From an uncultured Candidatus Saccharibacteria bacterium (GTDB taxonomy: Bacteria > Patescibacteriota > Minisyncoccia > Minisyncoccales > GWA2-38-27), in assembly GCA_964479375.1 (NCBI GenBank), contig CAYZKD010000001.1, positions 7,540 through 71,539 on the forward strand: a stretch of DNA of 64,000 nucleotides, written 5' to 3'. Made by a program: the position numbers and the translations under genes. The notes under the pieces are model-generated. The model was not told the origin of the DNA and searched no databases. It worked only from the letters and a program-made list of their open reading frames with translations. This document shows, piece after piece, positions 9,792 through 19,335 of the stretch (within the stretch, counting starts at the first letter, position 1; the number at the start of each line of letters is the position of its first letter).

Positions 9792-10809
9792 ATTTCCTTC
9801 AGAGCTAAGGTCTGATTTGGCTTCAAGAGACTGGGTGATAATTGCCACAGGAAGGGCAAGGAGACCCGAGACATTTAAGAAAGAGAAAAGGGCGGCCCAG
9901 GCTACTCCCAAAAAGGATTGCCCTTTTTGTGATATTAAAACACAAGAGAAGGCCACTCTCGTTTTTTCTAGGGGCAGAGAGGTCCCTTTTAAGCAGTGGA
10001 GGGACCTGCCCAAAGATTGGAGCGTGGTGGTTGTTCCCAATAAATATCCTGCTTTCAGGCCGTATCCTAAACTAAATACTAAAACCGAGAACGGCCTTTA
10101 TACCAAAATGAATGCAGTGGGATTTCATGAAGTGGTGGTGACAAGAGACCATAAAAAACAAGTAGCCCAGTTTTCCAAAGATAAAGTGAAAGAACTCATG
10201 GATGTTTACCAGAAAAGATATCTAGGATTAAAGGATAAAAAATTTGTCAATCATATTTCTATTTTCCATAATCACGGGCAAGAAGCCGGCGCCTCTATCG
10301 GCCATCCTCACTCCCAAATTATTACCACCCCCCTTATTGATGTTGATTTACAGGAGGCTCTTTCTAATTCAAGAAAGTTTAAAAAAAGGAAGAAAGACTG
10401 TATTTACTGCAAAATGAACGAGTGGGAAATGAGGAAAAAAGAAAGGATTGTCTTCGAGAATAAAAACTTTCTGGCGGTTTGTCCCTTTGCCTCCAAAACT
10501 GCCTTCCAGACCATAGTTTCCCCGAAGAAGCACCAATCTTATTTCGAAGAGGTAACAGAAAAAGAAAAAGAGAGTTTGGCAGAAGCATTTGGAGAAACAA
10601 TAAGAAAGATTTACAAAGGCCTTGATGATCCTGCCTACAACTTTTATCTGCATACTGCCCCTTGCGACGGCAATAAACACGATTATTATCATTGGCACTG
10701 GACCATTCTGCCCAAGACCTCAATTTGGGCGGGATTTGAGTTAGGCACTCAAATGGAAATTTCTACCATTGAACCCGAAAAAGCGGCAGACTATTTGAGG
10801 AAACAGTAG
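9772..10809 (+). CDS. galT: Galactose-1-phosphate uridylyltransferase (HIT superfamily)
   Basis: CPFC, PNKYP, AGASIGHPHSQ, YHWHW, AGFELGT. Confidence 0.92.
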   Translation: MPKKKNKFPSELRSDLASRDWVIIATGRARRPETFKKEKRAAQATPKKDCPFCDIKTQEKATLVFSRGREVPFKQWRDLPKDWSVVVVPNKYPAFRPYPKLNTKTENGLYTKMNAVGFHEVVVTRDHKKQVAQFSKDKVKELMDVYQKRYLGLKDKKFVNHISIFHNHGQEAGASIGHPHSQIITTPLIDVDLQEALSNSRKFKKRKKDCIYCKMNEWEMRKKERIVFENKNFLAVCPFASKTAFQTIVSPKKHQSYFEEVTEKEKESLAEAFGETIRKIYKGLDDPAYNFYLHTAPCDGNKHDYYHWHWTILPKTSIWAGFELGTQMEISTIEPEKAADYLRKQ

Positions 10810-10996
10810 ACCTTAAAATATATCATATTATCAGGATCGGTAGAAATTTCGGTTTCCCCCGTGTCGGAAAACAGCCCCGCTTTTAGCGGGACGTTAGAAA
10901 CCGAGGGTTTCTAAAAAGGGGGGGCGGGGGAAACCGTATGAACGTAATTTCTACCATTGAACCCGAAAAAGCGGCAGACTATTTGAGGAAACAGTA
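10758..10996 (-). mobile_element. Fold-back element copy B with 51-bp duplication of the galT 3' end
   Basis: 10758-10808 identical to 10946-10996; 137-bp insert with perfect 12-bp stem 10850-10861/10925-10936 and inner hairpin 10894-10914; 10839-10850 is the reverse complement of 10756-10767. Confidence 0.8.
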
Positions 10997-11115
10997 AAAA
11001 GAAGATTAATTGGGGAACGAAGGAGGGGGGGCTATCCTTGGCAAAGTCTATGAGGAGGATTTAATAAAAAGAAAAAATAGTGCTAAAATTATAATAATTA
11101 ATAGCATTAAAAAAT

Positions 11116-11913
11116 ATGAAACAAAAAGCGTTTACATTAGTTGAATTGTTAGTTGTTATAGCCATAATAGGGCTTTTAGCCAGCATTGTTTTGGTTTCCC
11201 TGAAAGGGGCTAGGCAAAGGGCAACCGAGGCCAGCGGCGAACATTTCAGTTCTTCTGTTTATCACGCCCTTGGAGCCGACGCTATAGGGATTTGGAATTT
11301 TGACGACTCAAGCGATTTAGGGAAAGACAGCAGCGGAAACGGAAATGACGGAAGTCTCCAGTATGTTTCTGAGGCAGAGGGAAAGATAAGAGGAGGAGCT
11401 TCTTTTAACGGTACTAATTCTGATATTGAGATTGATGATACTGATGGAGGTATTGCAAGCGAAATGGAAGAGGGGTTTACCATAGAGAGTTGGTTTAATT
11501 CCGCAAGAGACCTTAGCAGTGGCACGCCGAATATAATATCAAAACATGACTACAATATTCTTCTTTATTTTTCCAGCAATAGTTTGGTGTTTTATCTATA
11601 TGGTGCCGGGTGGGATATTCTGGATTCTGGTGAGATATTAGAAAAGGAGAGGTGGCACCATGCTGCTGTTTCCTGTGATGGTCATGTTTCGGGGGCTAAC
11701 TGTACAATGTATGTTGACGGCAAAGAGGTAGATAGCGCATCGCTCTCTGGCGACATAGATTTGTCTGGGAACGTTAAGATAGGAGAGTGGCCATACGGTA
11801 ACTTCGAAGGCGTCTTAGACGAGGTTCGTCTTTACAGTCTTCCGATTTCCTCGGCTCAAATTAGAGAGCATTATGTTAAAGGAGCAAAAGAAAAAGGATT
11901 AGCAATAAAATAG
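11116..11913 (+). CDS. Type IV prepilin-like protein with LamG/ConA-like jellyroll domain
   Basis: AFTLVELLVVIAIIG cleavage/methylation motif; GIWNFDD, DSSGNGNDG, WHHAAV, FEGVLDEVRLY. Confidence 0.88.
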   Translation: MKQKAFTLVELLVVIAIIGLLASIVLVSLKGARQRATEASGEHFSSSVYHALGADAIGIWNFDDSSDLGKDSSGNGNDGSLQYVSEAEGKIRGGASFNGTNSDIEIDDTDGGIASEMEEGFTIESWFNSARDLSSGTPNIISKHDYNILLYFSSNSLVFYLYGAGWDILDSGEILEKERWHHAAVSCDGHVSGANCTMYVDGKEVDSASLSGDIDLSGNVKIGEWPYGNFEGVLDEVRLYSLPISSAQIREHYVKGAKEKGLAIK

Positions 11914-11918
11914 TCGCC

Positions 11919-12623
11919 ATGAAGCCTTTGGTAGTAGCAAATTGGAAAATGAATCCTGCCGGCGCTGAGGAAGCGGCTGGCTTGGCAGGAGGGATAAAGA
12001 GCAGCGAAAAAGCAGAGGTTGTAATCTGTCCCCCTTTTTGTTTCCTTTCTTCTTTTGAAGGAGTCAAAAAAGGAGCTCAGGATGTTTTCTGGGAGAAAGA
12101 GGGCGCTTTTACGGGAGAGGTTTCTCCTTTGATGCTGAAGGACTTAGGGTGCGATTATGTTATTGTCGGGCATTCAGAAAGAAGAAAGTATTTTTCAGAG
12201 AGCGACGATATAGTTAACAAAAAGGCGCGAGCCGCCCAAGACAATGACCTAACTCCTATTATTTGTATCGGAGAAAGAGAAGAGGAGAGAAGCAGAGCAG
12301 AAGAAATATTGGCAAGGGAGATAAAAAGAGGGCTGGAAGATTTGGATTCTAATGTTGTTTTGGCTTACGAACCCATCTGGGCTATCGGTACGGGAAATGC
12401 CTGCGGCAAAGAGGATGCTTTGAAAATGAGAGAAGCTATAGTCAATATCTTAAAAGAAAATTTCGGAGAGAAGTTTTCTGAGACTTCTGTTCTTTATGGA
12501 GGAAGCGTGAAAAGTCACAATGCCGGAGAATATGTCAAAGAAGCAGGCTTTAACGGTCTATTGGTGGGCGGGGCCTCTTTAAAACTCGAAGAGTTTAATA
12601 AAATAGTCGAAGAGGCAATTTGA
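11919..12623 (+). CDS. tpiA: Triosephosphate isomerase
   Basis: ANWKMN, GHSERR, AYEPIWAIGTG, LVGGASL. Confidence 0.98.
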   Translation: MKPLVVANWKMNPAGAEEAAGLAGGIKSSEKAEVVICPPFCFLSSFEGVKKGAQDVFWEKEGAFTGEVSPLMLKDLGCDYVIVGHSERRKYFSESDDIVNKKARAAQDNDLTPIICIGEREEERSRAEEILAREIKRGLEDLDSNVVLAYEPIWAIGTGNACGKEDALKMREAIVNILKENFGEKFSETSVLYGGSVKSHNAGEYVKEAGFNGLLVGGASLKLEEFNKIVEEAI

Positions 12624-12657
12624 TCTAAAGATCTCATTTTGCTAAAATTATTCCATT

Positions 12658-13170
12658 ATGCAGGGAAGATTTTTTTATAACCCGACAAGAGGAAAGATAA
12701 CAGAAGAGGAGGTAATAAAGGAGATGGTAAAATATATGCAGGAGGCCCCTGACAGGTTTTATGATATAATCGTGGGGTGCGATTCTTCCTCCGAAAAGAT
12801 TCCTCATTTTCCTGTAGCAGTCGCTATCTTAAGAGTGGGAGAAGGAGGACGGTTTTTTTTGAAAAAGATAAGATACAAAGACTCTTTTAACAAAAAGTTT
12901 AGTAACTGGAAAAACAGAATAATTCAGGAAGTTTTGCTGTCTTGCGAATTGGCTATTAATATGAGAGGAAAATTTGAGAAAAAAATGGAAGAGATGGCAG
13001 AAAAGAGCCTTAGGTTCCAGTTTCGCTATATTCATGCTGATATCAGCAAAAACGGGGGAACAGGGGAAATGGTGAAAGAACTAACAAACCTTATTCGCGG
13101 TAACGGCTTTGAGCCCAAAATCAAGCCGGAGGCGCATATTGCCACCAGTGTTGCTGATAAATTTTCCTAA
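12658..13170 (+). CDS. YkuK/DUF458-family RNase H-like protein
   Basis: IIVGCDS, G.GGRFF, IHADI, IKPEA..ATSVADKF. Confidence 0.75.
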   Translation: MQGRFFYNPTRGKITEEEVIKEMVKYMQEAPDRFYDIIVGCDSSSEKIPHFPVAVAILRVGEGGRFFLKKIRYKDSFNKKFSNWKNRIIQEVLLSCELAINMRGKFEKKMEEMAEKSLRFQFRYIHADISKNGGTGEMVKELTNLIRGNGFEPKIKPEAHIATSVADKFS

Positions 13171-13173
13171 ATT

Positions 13174-14958
13174 GTGAAATCCGCGGAATTAAGAAAAAAG
13201 TTCTTAGGTTATTTTGAGGAAAAGGGCCACAAGATAATGCCCTCCAGCTCTTTGGTTCCGGAGAGCAAGACGGTTCTTCTGACTTCAGCCGGCATGCAAC
13301 AGTTTATACCATACCTTTCAGGAGAAAAGGATGTTATCGGAGACCTTGGAAGTCGCCACCTAGCCTCTGTCCAAAAATGCTTTAGAACCCCCGATATTGA
13401 AGAAGTGGGAGATGATACCCACCATACTTTTTTTGAAATGATGGGGAACTGGTCTATTGGCGAAGATAAACATGGCTATTTTAAAGAAGGGGCTATTGAA
13501 TTGGCCCTTGATTTTTTAATAAAGGGTTTGGGCTTAGAGAAAGAAAGAATGTGGACAACTGTTTTTAGGGGCGGAAACAATATGCCAAGAGACAAAGAAT
13601 CTGCTGAGATTTGGGAGAGAAAAGGAATCCCCAGAAAGAGAATAAAAGAATTCGGCTTAGAAGACAATTTTTGGGGGCCTGTAGCAAAAACCGGCCCCTG
13701 TGGCCCCTGTTCTGAGATTCACTACGACAGAGGCCCGGAATTTGGGTGCAAAGACTGTGGCCCCAATTGCGAAAAATGCGACAGATATGTAGAATTATGG
13801 AACCTTGTTTTTATGGAGTATAACAAAAAAGAGGACGGCTCTTTTGAGCAGATGTCGCAGAGAAATGTAGATACGGGTATTGGATTTGAGAGATTGGTCG
13901 CTCTTTTGCAGGGGGAAGAATCTGCTTACGGAACAGATCTATTCTCTTCTGTGATTGAAAAAATAGAGGAGATTTCAGGGAAAAAGCATGAAGAAGAAAA
14001 AAGAAACTTTAGAATTGTTGCAGATCATATACGAGGAGCTGTCTTTCTGGCTTCAGACGGGGTAGCGCCAAGCAACATAGAGGAAGGATATATTTTAAGA
14101 AGAGTTTTAAGAAGAGCCATTCAGCAGGGGCGAATTCTTGATATGAAAGAAGGATTTTTGAATGATTTAGCAGAAGAAATAGTCTTTAAATACGGAGAGG
14201 CTTATCCAGAACTCAAAAAAAACAAAGAAAAAGCTTTAAAAGTTATTAAAGAAGAAGAAAAAAAATTTAGGCAGACTCTGGAGACGGGGATTAGAGTTAC
14301 TGCTGCTGTGATAGATGAAGCCGGAGAACTTACAGGAGAATTGGCTTTTAGGCAGTACGAGAGCAAGGGGGTTCCCCTGAAGGTTAGCAAAAAAATAGCT
14401 TCAGAAAAGGGAGCAATAATTTCAGATAATTTAGAAGAGGATTTTAAAAAAAGACTAAAAGAGCACCAGGAGGTTTCCCGGGCTGGAGCAGAGAAGAAGT
14501 TCGGAGGAGTGGGCAAGGGCGCAGGATACGAGGAAACAAAACTTCATACAACCACTCATCTTTTGCACCAGGCCTTGAGGGAGGTTTTGGGAGAAGAGGT
14601 AAAGCAAATGGGATCTGACATTAATTCAGAGAGATTAAGATTTGACTTTTCTTATCCCAGAAAAATGACGGAAGATGAAAAAGAGAAGGTGGAACAAATT
14701 GTAAATCAAAAAATCCAAGAAGGGCTGGAAGTCAGAAAAGAACAGATGGCCCTGAAGGAAGCCTTAAACACTGGCGCCCTAGATTTCTTCCGAGAGAAAT
14801 ATCCCGATAAAGTCAATGTTTACTCTATGGGCGACTTCTCTAAAGAGATATGTGCCGGGCCCCATATAAAAAATACTTCTGAGTTGGGCAGATTTAAAAT
14901 TGTGAACGAGAAGTCTTCCGGGGCGGGGGTGAGAAGAATTAAGGCGGTATTGGAATAG
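13174..14958 (+). CDS. alaS: Alanyl-tRNA synthetase lacking the C-Ala domain
   Basis: HHTFFEM.GN, GPCGPCSEI, DTGIGFER, editing HTTTH...CAGPH; ends at GVRRIKA. Confidence 0.96.
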   Translation: MKSAELRKKFLGYFEEKGHKIMPSSSLVPESKTVLLTSAGMQQFIPYLSGEKDVIGDLGSRHLASVQKCFRTPDIEEVGDDTHHTFFEMMGNWSIGEDKHGYFKEGAIELALDFLIKGLGLEKERMWTTVFRGGNNMPRDKESAEIWERKGIPRKRIKEFGLEDNFWGPVAKTGPCGPCSEIHYDRGPEFGCKDCGPNCEKCDRYVELWNLVFMEYNKKEDGSFEQMSQRNVDTGIGFERLVALLQGEESAYGTDLFSSVIEKIEEISGKKHEEEKRNFRIVADHIRGAVFLASDGVAPSNIEEGYILRRVLRRAIQQGRILDMKEGFLNDLAEEIVFKYGEAYPELKKNKEKALKVIKEEEKKFRQTLETGIRVTAAVIDEAGELTGELAFRQYESKGVPLKVSKKIASEKGAIISDNLEEDFKKRLKEHQEVSRAGAEKKFGGVGKGAGYEETKLHTTTHLLHQALREVLGEEVKQMGSDINSERLRFDFSYPRKMTEDEKEKVEQIVNQKIQEGLEVRKEQMALKEALNTGALDFFREKYPDKVNVYSMGDFSKEICAGPHIKNTSELGRFKIVNEKSSGAGVRRIKAVLE

Positions 14959-14985
14959 CCGCATTTTTACAAGTATAATTAAACA

Positions 14986-16191
14986 ATGAAACTGGGATTG
15001 CTGAAAAACAAAAAAGAAAAGCTTTTGTTAGGACTTGATACGGGAACGGAGGCAGTAAAAGCCGCCTTATTTCTTGACAAAGGGGCAGGGGGCTGCAAGA
15101 TTTTAGGATACTCTTCTTGTTATTATGAAAAATACGGAGTATTTAATACCCGGGAATTTTTTAAAGATCTTTTCAAAAATACTGTTTCCAAAGCAGTTAG
15201 GGGAGCCCAAGAGAATGTCGCCCTTTCTGAGGTGCCTCTTGATCTGAAAAAAAGGGTTAGCAAAACAAATTGGGAAGTAGTTTTAACCTTTTCTCCGGAA
15301 TATCTGAAAGCCAGGATTGTCGAGGTTTGTTTTAAGAGGAAAAACAGAAATGTATCTATATCAAAAAAAGAAAAAACGAACATTAAAGAAAACATTCTTT
15401 TTCAGGCCAGAAAGAGAATTTCAGACCAGTTTGCCAGAGAAGCCGGTATTCTGCCCGCAGAAATAGAGTGGCTTTCCTTCAAGGTCCTTGAAAACAAGGT
15501 TGATGGATATAGGGTAGCCGACCTTAAGGATCATAAGGGCGAGAGGCTTGGTTTTAAAATCATGGTTGTATTCTCTCCGCAACATTACCTCAGGAGAATA
15601 AGGAATATTCTCGAAGAATTAAACTTTAATATTATTGGGATCGTTCATCTTGCAGAGATTATTGTTCCGGAAGAGGCCGGATTATTTTTAGATATGGGAG
15701 GTACGGTTAGCCAGGGAATTTGCTTTAAGGGAGGGGCGGTTAAAGAAGTCTTTGAATTCTACAAAGGAGGGCGTGATTTTACAGAAACTCTTTCTCAAGA
15801 CCTGGGCATTGATGAAACCACAGCCCGGAACTTTAAAGAAAGATACTCTTTGGGAGATTTGGGGAAGGGCGCGGAGAAGAAAGTGAAAAGTATTTTTGCT
15901 CAACTCAGAAGGGACTGGTACAATAGTCTTAGGGACAAAGTTAATCTAGTAGACCTTGTTCCTTCCGGGATAAATTTTGTAGGGGGAGGGGCATTGCTTC
16001 CTGACATTGGAAATGTTTTAAAAGAGAATCTGGCAGCGGAATTTCAAAAATCAAGTTTTTCTTATTCTCTGAAAACGAAAATGATTCACCCCGCTGATCT
16101 TAAAAACGGTCTGGAAATTTTAACAAAAAATTTGAACAGCATTCAAGCCACCCCGCTTTTATACATCTGTTCCAACTTCAAAAATGAGTAA
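14986..16191 (+). CDS. Divergent FtsA-like actin-fold protein
   Basis: LGLDTGTEAVK, FLDMGG, GGRDFT, VGGGALLP. Confidence 0.7.
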   Translation: MKLGLLKNKKEKLLLGLDTGTEAVKAALFLDKGAGGCKILGYSSCYYEKYGVFNTREFFKDLFKNTVSKAVRGAQENVALSEVPLDLKKRVSKTNWEVVLTFSPEYLKARIVEVCFKRKNRNVSISKKEKTNIKENILFQARKRISDQFAREAGILPAEIEWLSFKVLENKVDGYRVADLKDHKGERLGFKIMVVFSPQHYLRRIRNILEELNFNIIGIVHLAEIIVPEEAGLFLDMGGTVSQGICFKGGAVKEVFEFYKGGRDFTETLSQDLGIDETTARNFKERYSLGDLGKGAEKKVKSIFAQLRRDWYNSLRDKVNLVDLVPSGINFVGGGALLPDIGNVLKENLAAEFQKSSFSYSLKTKMIHPADLKNGLEILTKNLNSIQATPLLYICSNFKNE

Positions 16192-17428
16192 TAAATTTTT
16201 TGATGTCATTCCTCCCGAGAGAGGCATAAAAAAGGAAGAGAAAGAAATCTCCCAAGAGGAAAAACCTAAGAAAAAATTAAAAAAACCTTTTGGAAATAAA
16301 GTTAAGGGAATTGTTATTGTTGTCGCCCTCCTTTTATTATTGCTGGGGGCGAGTATGTTTTTTTTCCAGTCACCGGAAGTGAAGATCTATCCCCGGATAA
16401 CAGACTTAAAATTGGAAGAGGAGGCTATTATTGATTCCTCAACAGAAAAGGCCGATTTTGTGGCTAAAGTTATTCCCGGAGAAATCGTAGAAGTTCAGCA
16501 GTCTGCCGCTAAAGAGTTTTCGGTTACAGGAACTACCTCAGAAGAAAAAAGAGCTACGGGTGTCCTTCGGGTTTACAATGCTTACTCTACCAGTCCCCAG
16601 ATTCTAGTGGCTTCTACGAGGTTTGTTTCTGCAGACGGCAAACTTTTCCGTTCTGTTCACCGGGAAACTGTTCCCGGAGGCCATTATGAGGGCGGGGAGT
16701 TTGTCCCCGGCTATGTTGATATTGAAGTAAAAGCAACAGAGCCCGGAGAGGAGTATAACATAAAGCCGACCACTTTTTCCATCCCGGGCTTTGCAGGCAC
16801 TGAACGCTATACTGCTTTTTACGGAAGATCTTTCCAACCCATGGAAGGGGGACATGTAGGAGAGATGGGCCAAGTGACTCAGGAAGACCTTGGCAGAGCA
16901 AGAGAGGAGGTTTTAAATCAGGCAAAGTCGGAAAGCAGAGATTCTCTTGAAAGGAGGGTATCTGAGGACTATGAAATTGTAGCAGAAACAATTACCCAAG
17001 AAGTTCTTTCTGAAAACGCTTCAGCAGAAGCCGAGGAAGCAACAGAAACTTTTGATTATCAGGTTGAAATAAAGACCACGGGGCTGTCTTTCAAGAAAAG
17101 TCATTTAGAAGAGTTTGCCAATAACCTTATCAACCTAAGTCTGCCCGAGAAAAGGAAAATAAAAGAGGGCAGTCGGGAATTTGATTATTCTTTTTTGGAA
17201 GCGGGGATGGAAACGGCAAATCTTAAGGTTTTAGTTGAGGCAAAGGCCTATTACGATTTAGATCTGACAGCCATAAGGGAGTTTTCGGTCGGACAGACCG
17301 AACAAGAGGTAAGGATTATGCTTGAGAGCCAGCCCGGCATTGAAAAAACAGAGCTGGATTTAGGCGCTTTCTGGAACAGGCGGTTTCCCAAAAAACCCGA
17401 GGAAATAACAGTGGAGATTTGCCTTTGA
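16184..17428 (+). CDS. Membrane-anchored protein, baseplate J-like domain (CPR-type)
   Basis: Single N-terminal TM; ATGVLRVYN, TRFVSADGKLF, VKATEPGEEYNI. Confidence 0.55.
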   Translation: MSNKFFDVIPPERGIKKEEKEISQEEKPKKKLKKPFGNKVKGIVIVVALLLLLLGASMFFFQSPEVKIYPRITDLKLEEEAIIDSSTEKADFVAKVIPGEIVEVQQSAAKEFSVTGTTSEEKRATGVLRVYNAYSTSPQILVASTRFVSADGKLFRSVHRETVPGGHYEGGEFVPGYVDIEVKATEPGEEYNIKPTTFSIPGFAGTERYTAFYGRSFQPMEGGHVGEMGQVTQEDLGRAREEVLNQAKSESRDSLERRVSEDYEIVAETITQEVLSENASAEAEEATETFDYQVEIKTTGLSFKKSHLEEFANNLINLSLPEKRKIKEGSREFDYSFLEAGMETANLKVLVEAKAYYDLDLTAIREFSVGQTEQEVRIMLESQPGIEKTELDLGAFWNRRFPKKPEEITVEICL

Positions 17429-17472
17429 GTCTTGACTTAATTGAGAAAATTTGATAGGTTATATAATTACAA

Positions 17473-17697
17473 ATGTCAAAAACAGATAAAAATACGCATC
17501 GCACGCAAGGCGTTGTTTTAGAAAATTTGCCCAGCACCAATTTTAAGGTTAAGCTAGAGGACGGAAGAGAAATAATTGCTCATTTAGCCGGGAAATTGAG
17601 GATTCATAGAATTAAAATTTTACCGGGAGACAACGTTACAGTTGAAATGAGTCCCTATGACGAAAGCAGAGGCAGAATAGTTTATCGAAACAAATGA
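17473..17697 (+). CDS. infA: Translation initiation factor IF-1
   Basis: [28 protein letters not shown]. Confidence 0.98.
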   Translation: MSKTDKNTHRTQGVVLENLPSTNFKVKLEDGREIIAHLAGKLRIHRIKILPGDNVTVEMSPYDESRGRIVYRNK

Positions 17698-17719
17698 ATG
17701 GTTGGGCAGATGAAAAATT

Positions 17720-17833
17720 ATGAAGGTCAGGCCCTCAGTCAAGAAAATTTGTAATCATTGTAAGATCGTCCGCAGAAAGGGGCGTGTTTATGTTATCTGT
17801 TCTAACCCTAGACACAAACAGAGACAAGGATAA
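17720..17833 (+). CDS. rpmJ: 50S ribosomal protein L36 (too short for the ORF track)
   Basis: Translated by hand: [37 protein letters not shown]. Confidence 0.97.
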   Translation: MKVRPSVKKICNHCKIVRRKGRVYVICSNPRHKQRQG

Positions 17834-17836
17834 ATT

Positions 17837-18226
17837 ATGCCGAGAATAGCAGGCACCAATATACCAGATCAAAAACAGATTGAAATAGCCCTAACGCATA
17901 TCTATGGAATAGGGAGGAGTTTGAGTAGAAAGATTCTTAAAGAGGCGGGCATTAAGCCCCAAGAAAAGGTCTCTGGCTTAAAGGCAGAGGAGATCAATAG
18001 GTTAAGGGATATAATTGAGAAGAACTATACTACAGAGGGCGATCTAAGAAGAAGAACTATAACTGACGTTAAAAGGTTGAAGGAAATTGGATGCTGGCGG
18101 GGGATGAGGCATCGTAAGGCCCTTCCCGTAAGGGGCCAGCGCACCAAAACAAACAGCAGGACTGTAAGGGGAAATGTTAGAAAGACTGTCGGTTCTGGAA
18201 AAAGACCTGCTCCTGAAGCCACCTAA
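17837..18226 (+). CDS. rpsM: 30S ribosomal protein S13
   Basis: IYGIGRS, LPVRGQRTKTNSRT. Confidence 0.98.
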   Translation: MPRIAGTNIPDQKQIEIALTHIYGIGRSLSRKILKEAGIKPQEKVSGLKAEEINRLRDIIEKNYTTEGDLRRRTITDVKRLKEIGCWRGMRHRKALPVRGQRTKTNSRTVRGNVRKTVGSGKRPAPEAT

Positions 18227-18231
18227 TAATT

Positions 18232-18684
18232 ATGGGAAAAAAAAGAGTTGTTAAAAAAAGCGAAGAGGAGTTAATTAAAGAGGGGGAGAAAGTAGAAGCG
18301 GGAGTAAAGAAAGAGATTAAATCTTCAGCAGCCCCTCAGAGAAAAGAGGGCAGGATTTATATCGCCTCCTCTTACAATAACACGGCTATAACCCTTACCG
18401 ATGCCAAGGGCAATGTTTTGACTTGGGCAAGCGCAGGCTCTATAGGGTTTAAAGGAACCAAAAAAGCGACTCCATTCGCCGCTTCCAAGACGGCAGAGGC
18501 TATTGCTCTTGCTGCCAATAAAATAAAGATGAAGAAATTTTCAGTTTTTATTAAGGGTATTGGAGGAGGACGGGATTCTGCTTTAAGGTCTCTGGCTGCC
18601 CGCGGCCTTGAGATTGTTTCTATTAAGGAATGCACTCCCATTCCTCACAATGGTTGCAGGCCGCCTAAAGCAAGAAGAGTATAA
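18232..18684 (+). CDS. rpsK: 30S ribosomal protein S11 with N-terminal extension
   Basis: SYNNT, KKATPFAA, TPIPHNGCRPPK. Confidence 0.98.
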   Translation: MGKKRVVKKSEEELIKEGEKVEAGVKKEIKSSAAPQRKEGRIYIASSYNNTAITLTDAKGNVLTWASAGSIGFKGTKKATPFAASKTAEAIALAANKIKMKKFSVFIKGIGGGRDSALRSLAARGLEIVSIKECTPIPHNGCRPPKARRV

Positions 18685-18686
18685 TT

Positions 18687-19316
18687 ATGAAAGAGAATAA
18701 GTGTAAAATCTGTAGAAGGCTGGGAACGAAACTTTTTCTTAAGGGAGAGAGGTGTTTTTCCCAAAAATGCGCGGTTCTCAGAAAGCCCTATCCCCCTGGC
18801 CAAAAAAGCAAAAAAAGGAGAAGAAATGTTTCAGAATATGGCAAAGAACTTCAGGAAAAGCAAAAACTGAAGAGATGGTATCATCTCAAAGAGAGTCAGT
18901 TTAGAAGTTATGTTCTGGGCGCCTTAGCCAAAAGAGGAGGGGCGGAAGACGCCGGGACATTTTTAATCCAAAAGTTAGAGAAAAGACTTGACAACGTGCT
19001 TTTCAGGATGGGAATAACTTCTTCCCGCCAAAGGGCTAAACAGATAGTAGGACATGGCCACGTTTTAGTAAATGGAAGAAAAATAGACACCCCATCTTAC
19101 GAGGTTAAGAAAGGAGATGTTGTCTCCCTTAATCCCGAAAGTTTGGAAAAGGAAGGACTGAAGGATACGCCCTCTCTGCTTAAAAAATATGAGGCTGCCC
19201 CTTGGATTAATTTAAATAAAACAAAAGTAGAGGCAAAAATTGTCGGAGAACCTTCTATTGAGGATGTTGTTCCTCCTGCTGAGGTCTCTGCCATTTTTGA
19301 GTTTTACTCAAGATAA
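18687..19316 (+). CDS. rpsD: 30S ribosomal protein S4
   Basis: CKICRR, LEKRLDN, S4 domain, FEFYSR. Confidence 0.98.
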   Translation: MKENKCKICRRLGTKLFLKGERCFSQKCAVLRKPYPPGQKSKKRRRNVSEYGKELQEKQKLKRWYHLKESQFRSYVLGALAKRGGAEDAGTFLIQKLEKRLDNVLFRMGITSSRQRAKQIVGHGHVLVNGRKIDTPSYEVKKGDVVSLNPESLEKEGLKDTPSLLKKYEAAPWINLNKTKVEAKIVGEPSIEDVVPPAEVSAIFEFYSR

Positions 19317-19335
19317 TAAAACTTAAATAAACTAT

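Noticed and set aside
16184-17428. Prophage suggested by the baseplate-J-like domain
   Set aside because: The protein is membrane-anchored, flanked by housekeeping genes, and no other phage genes are nearby.
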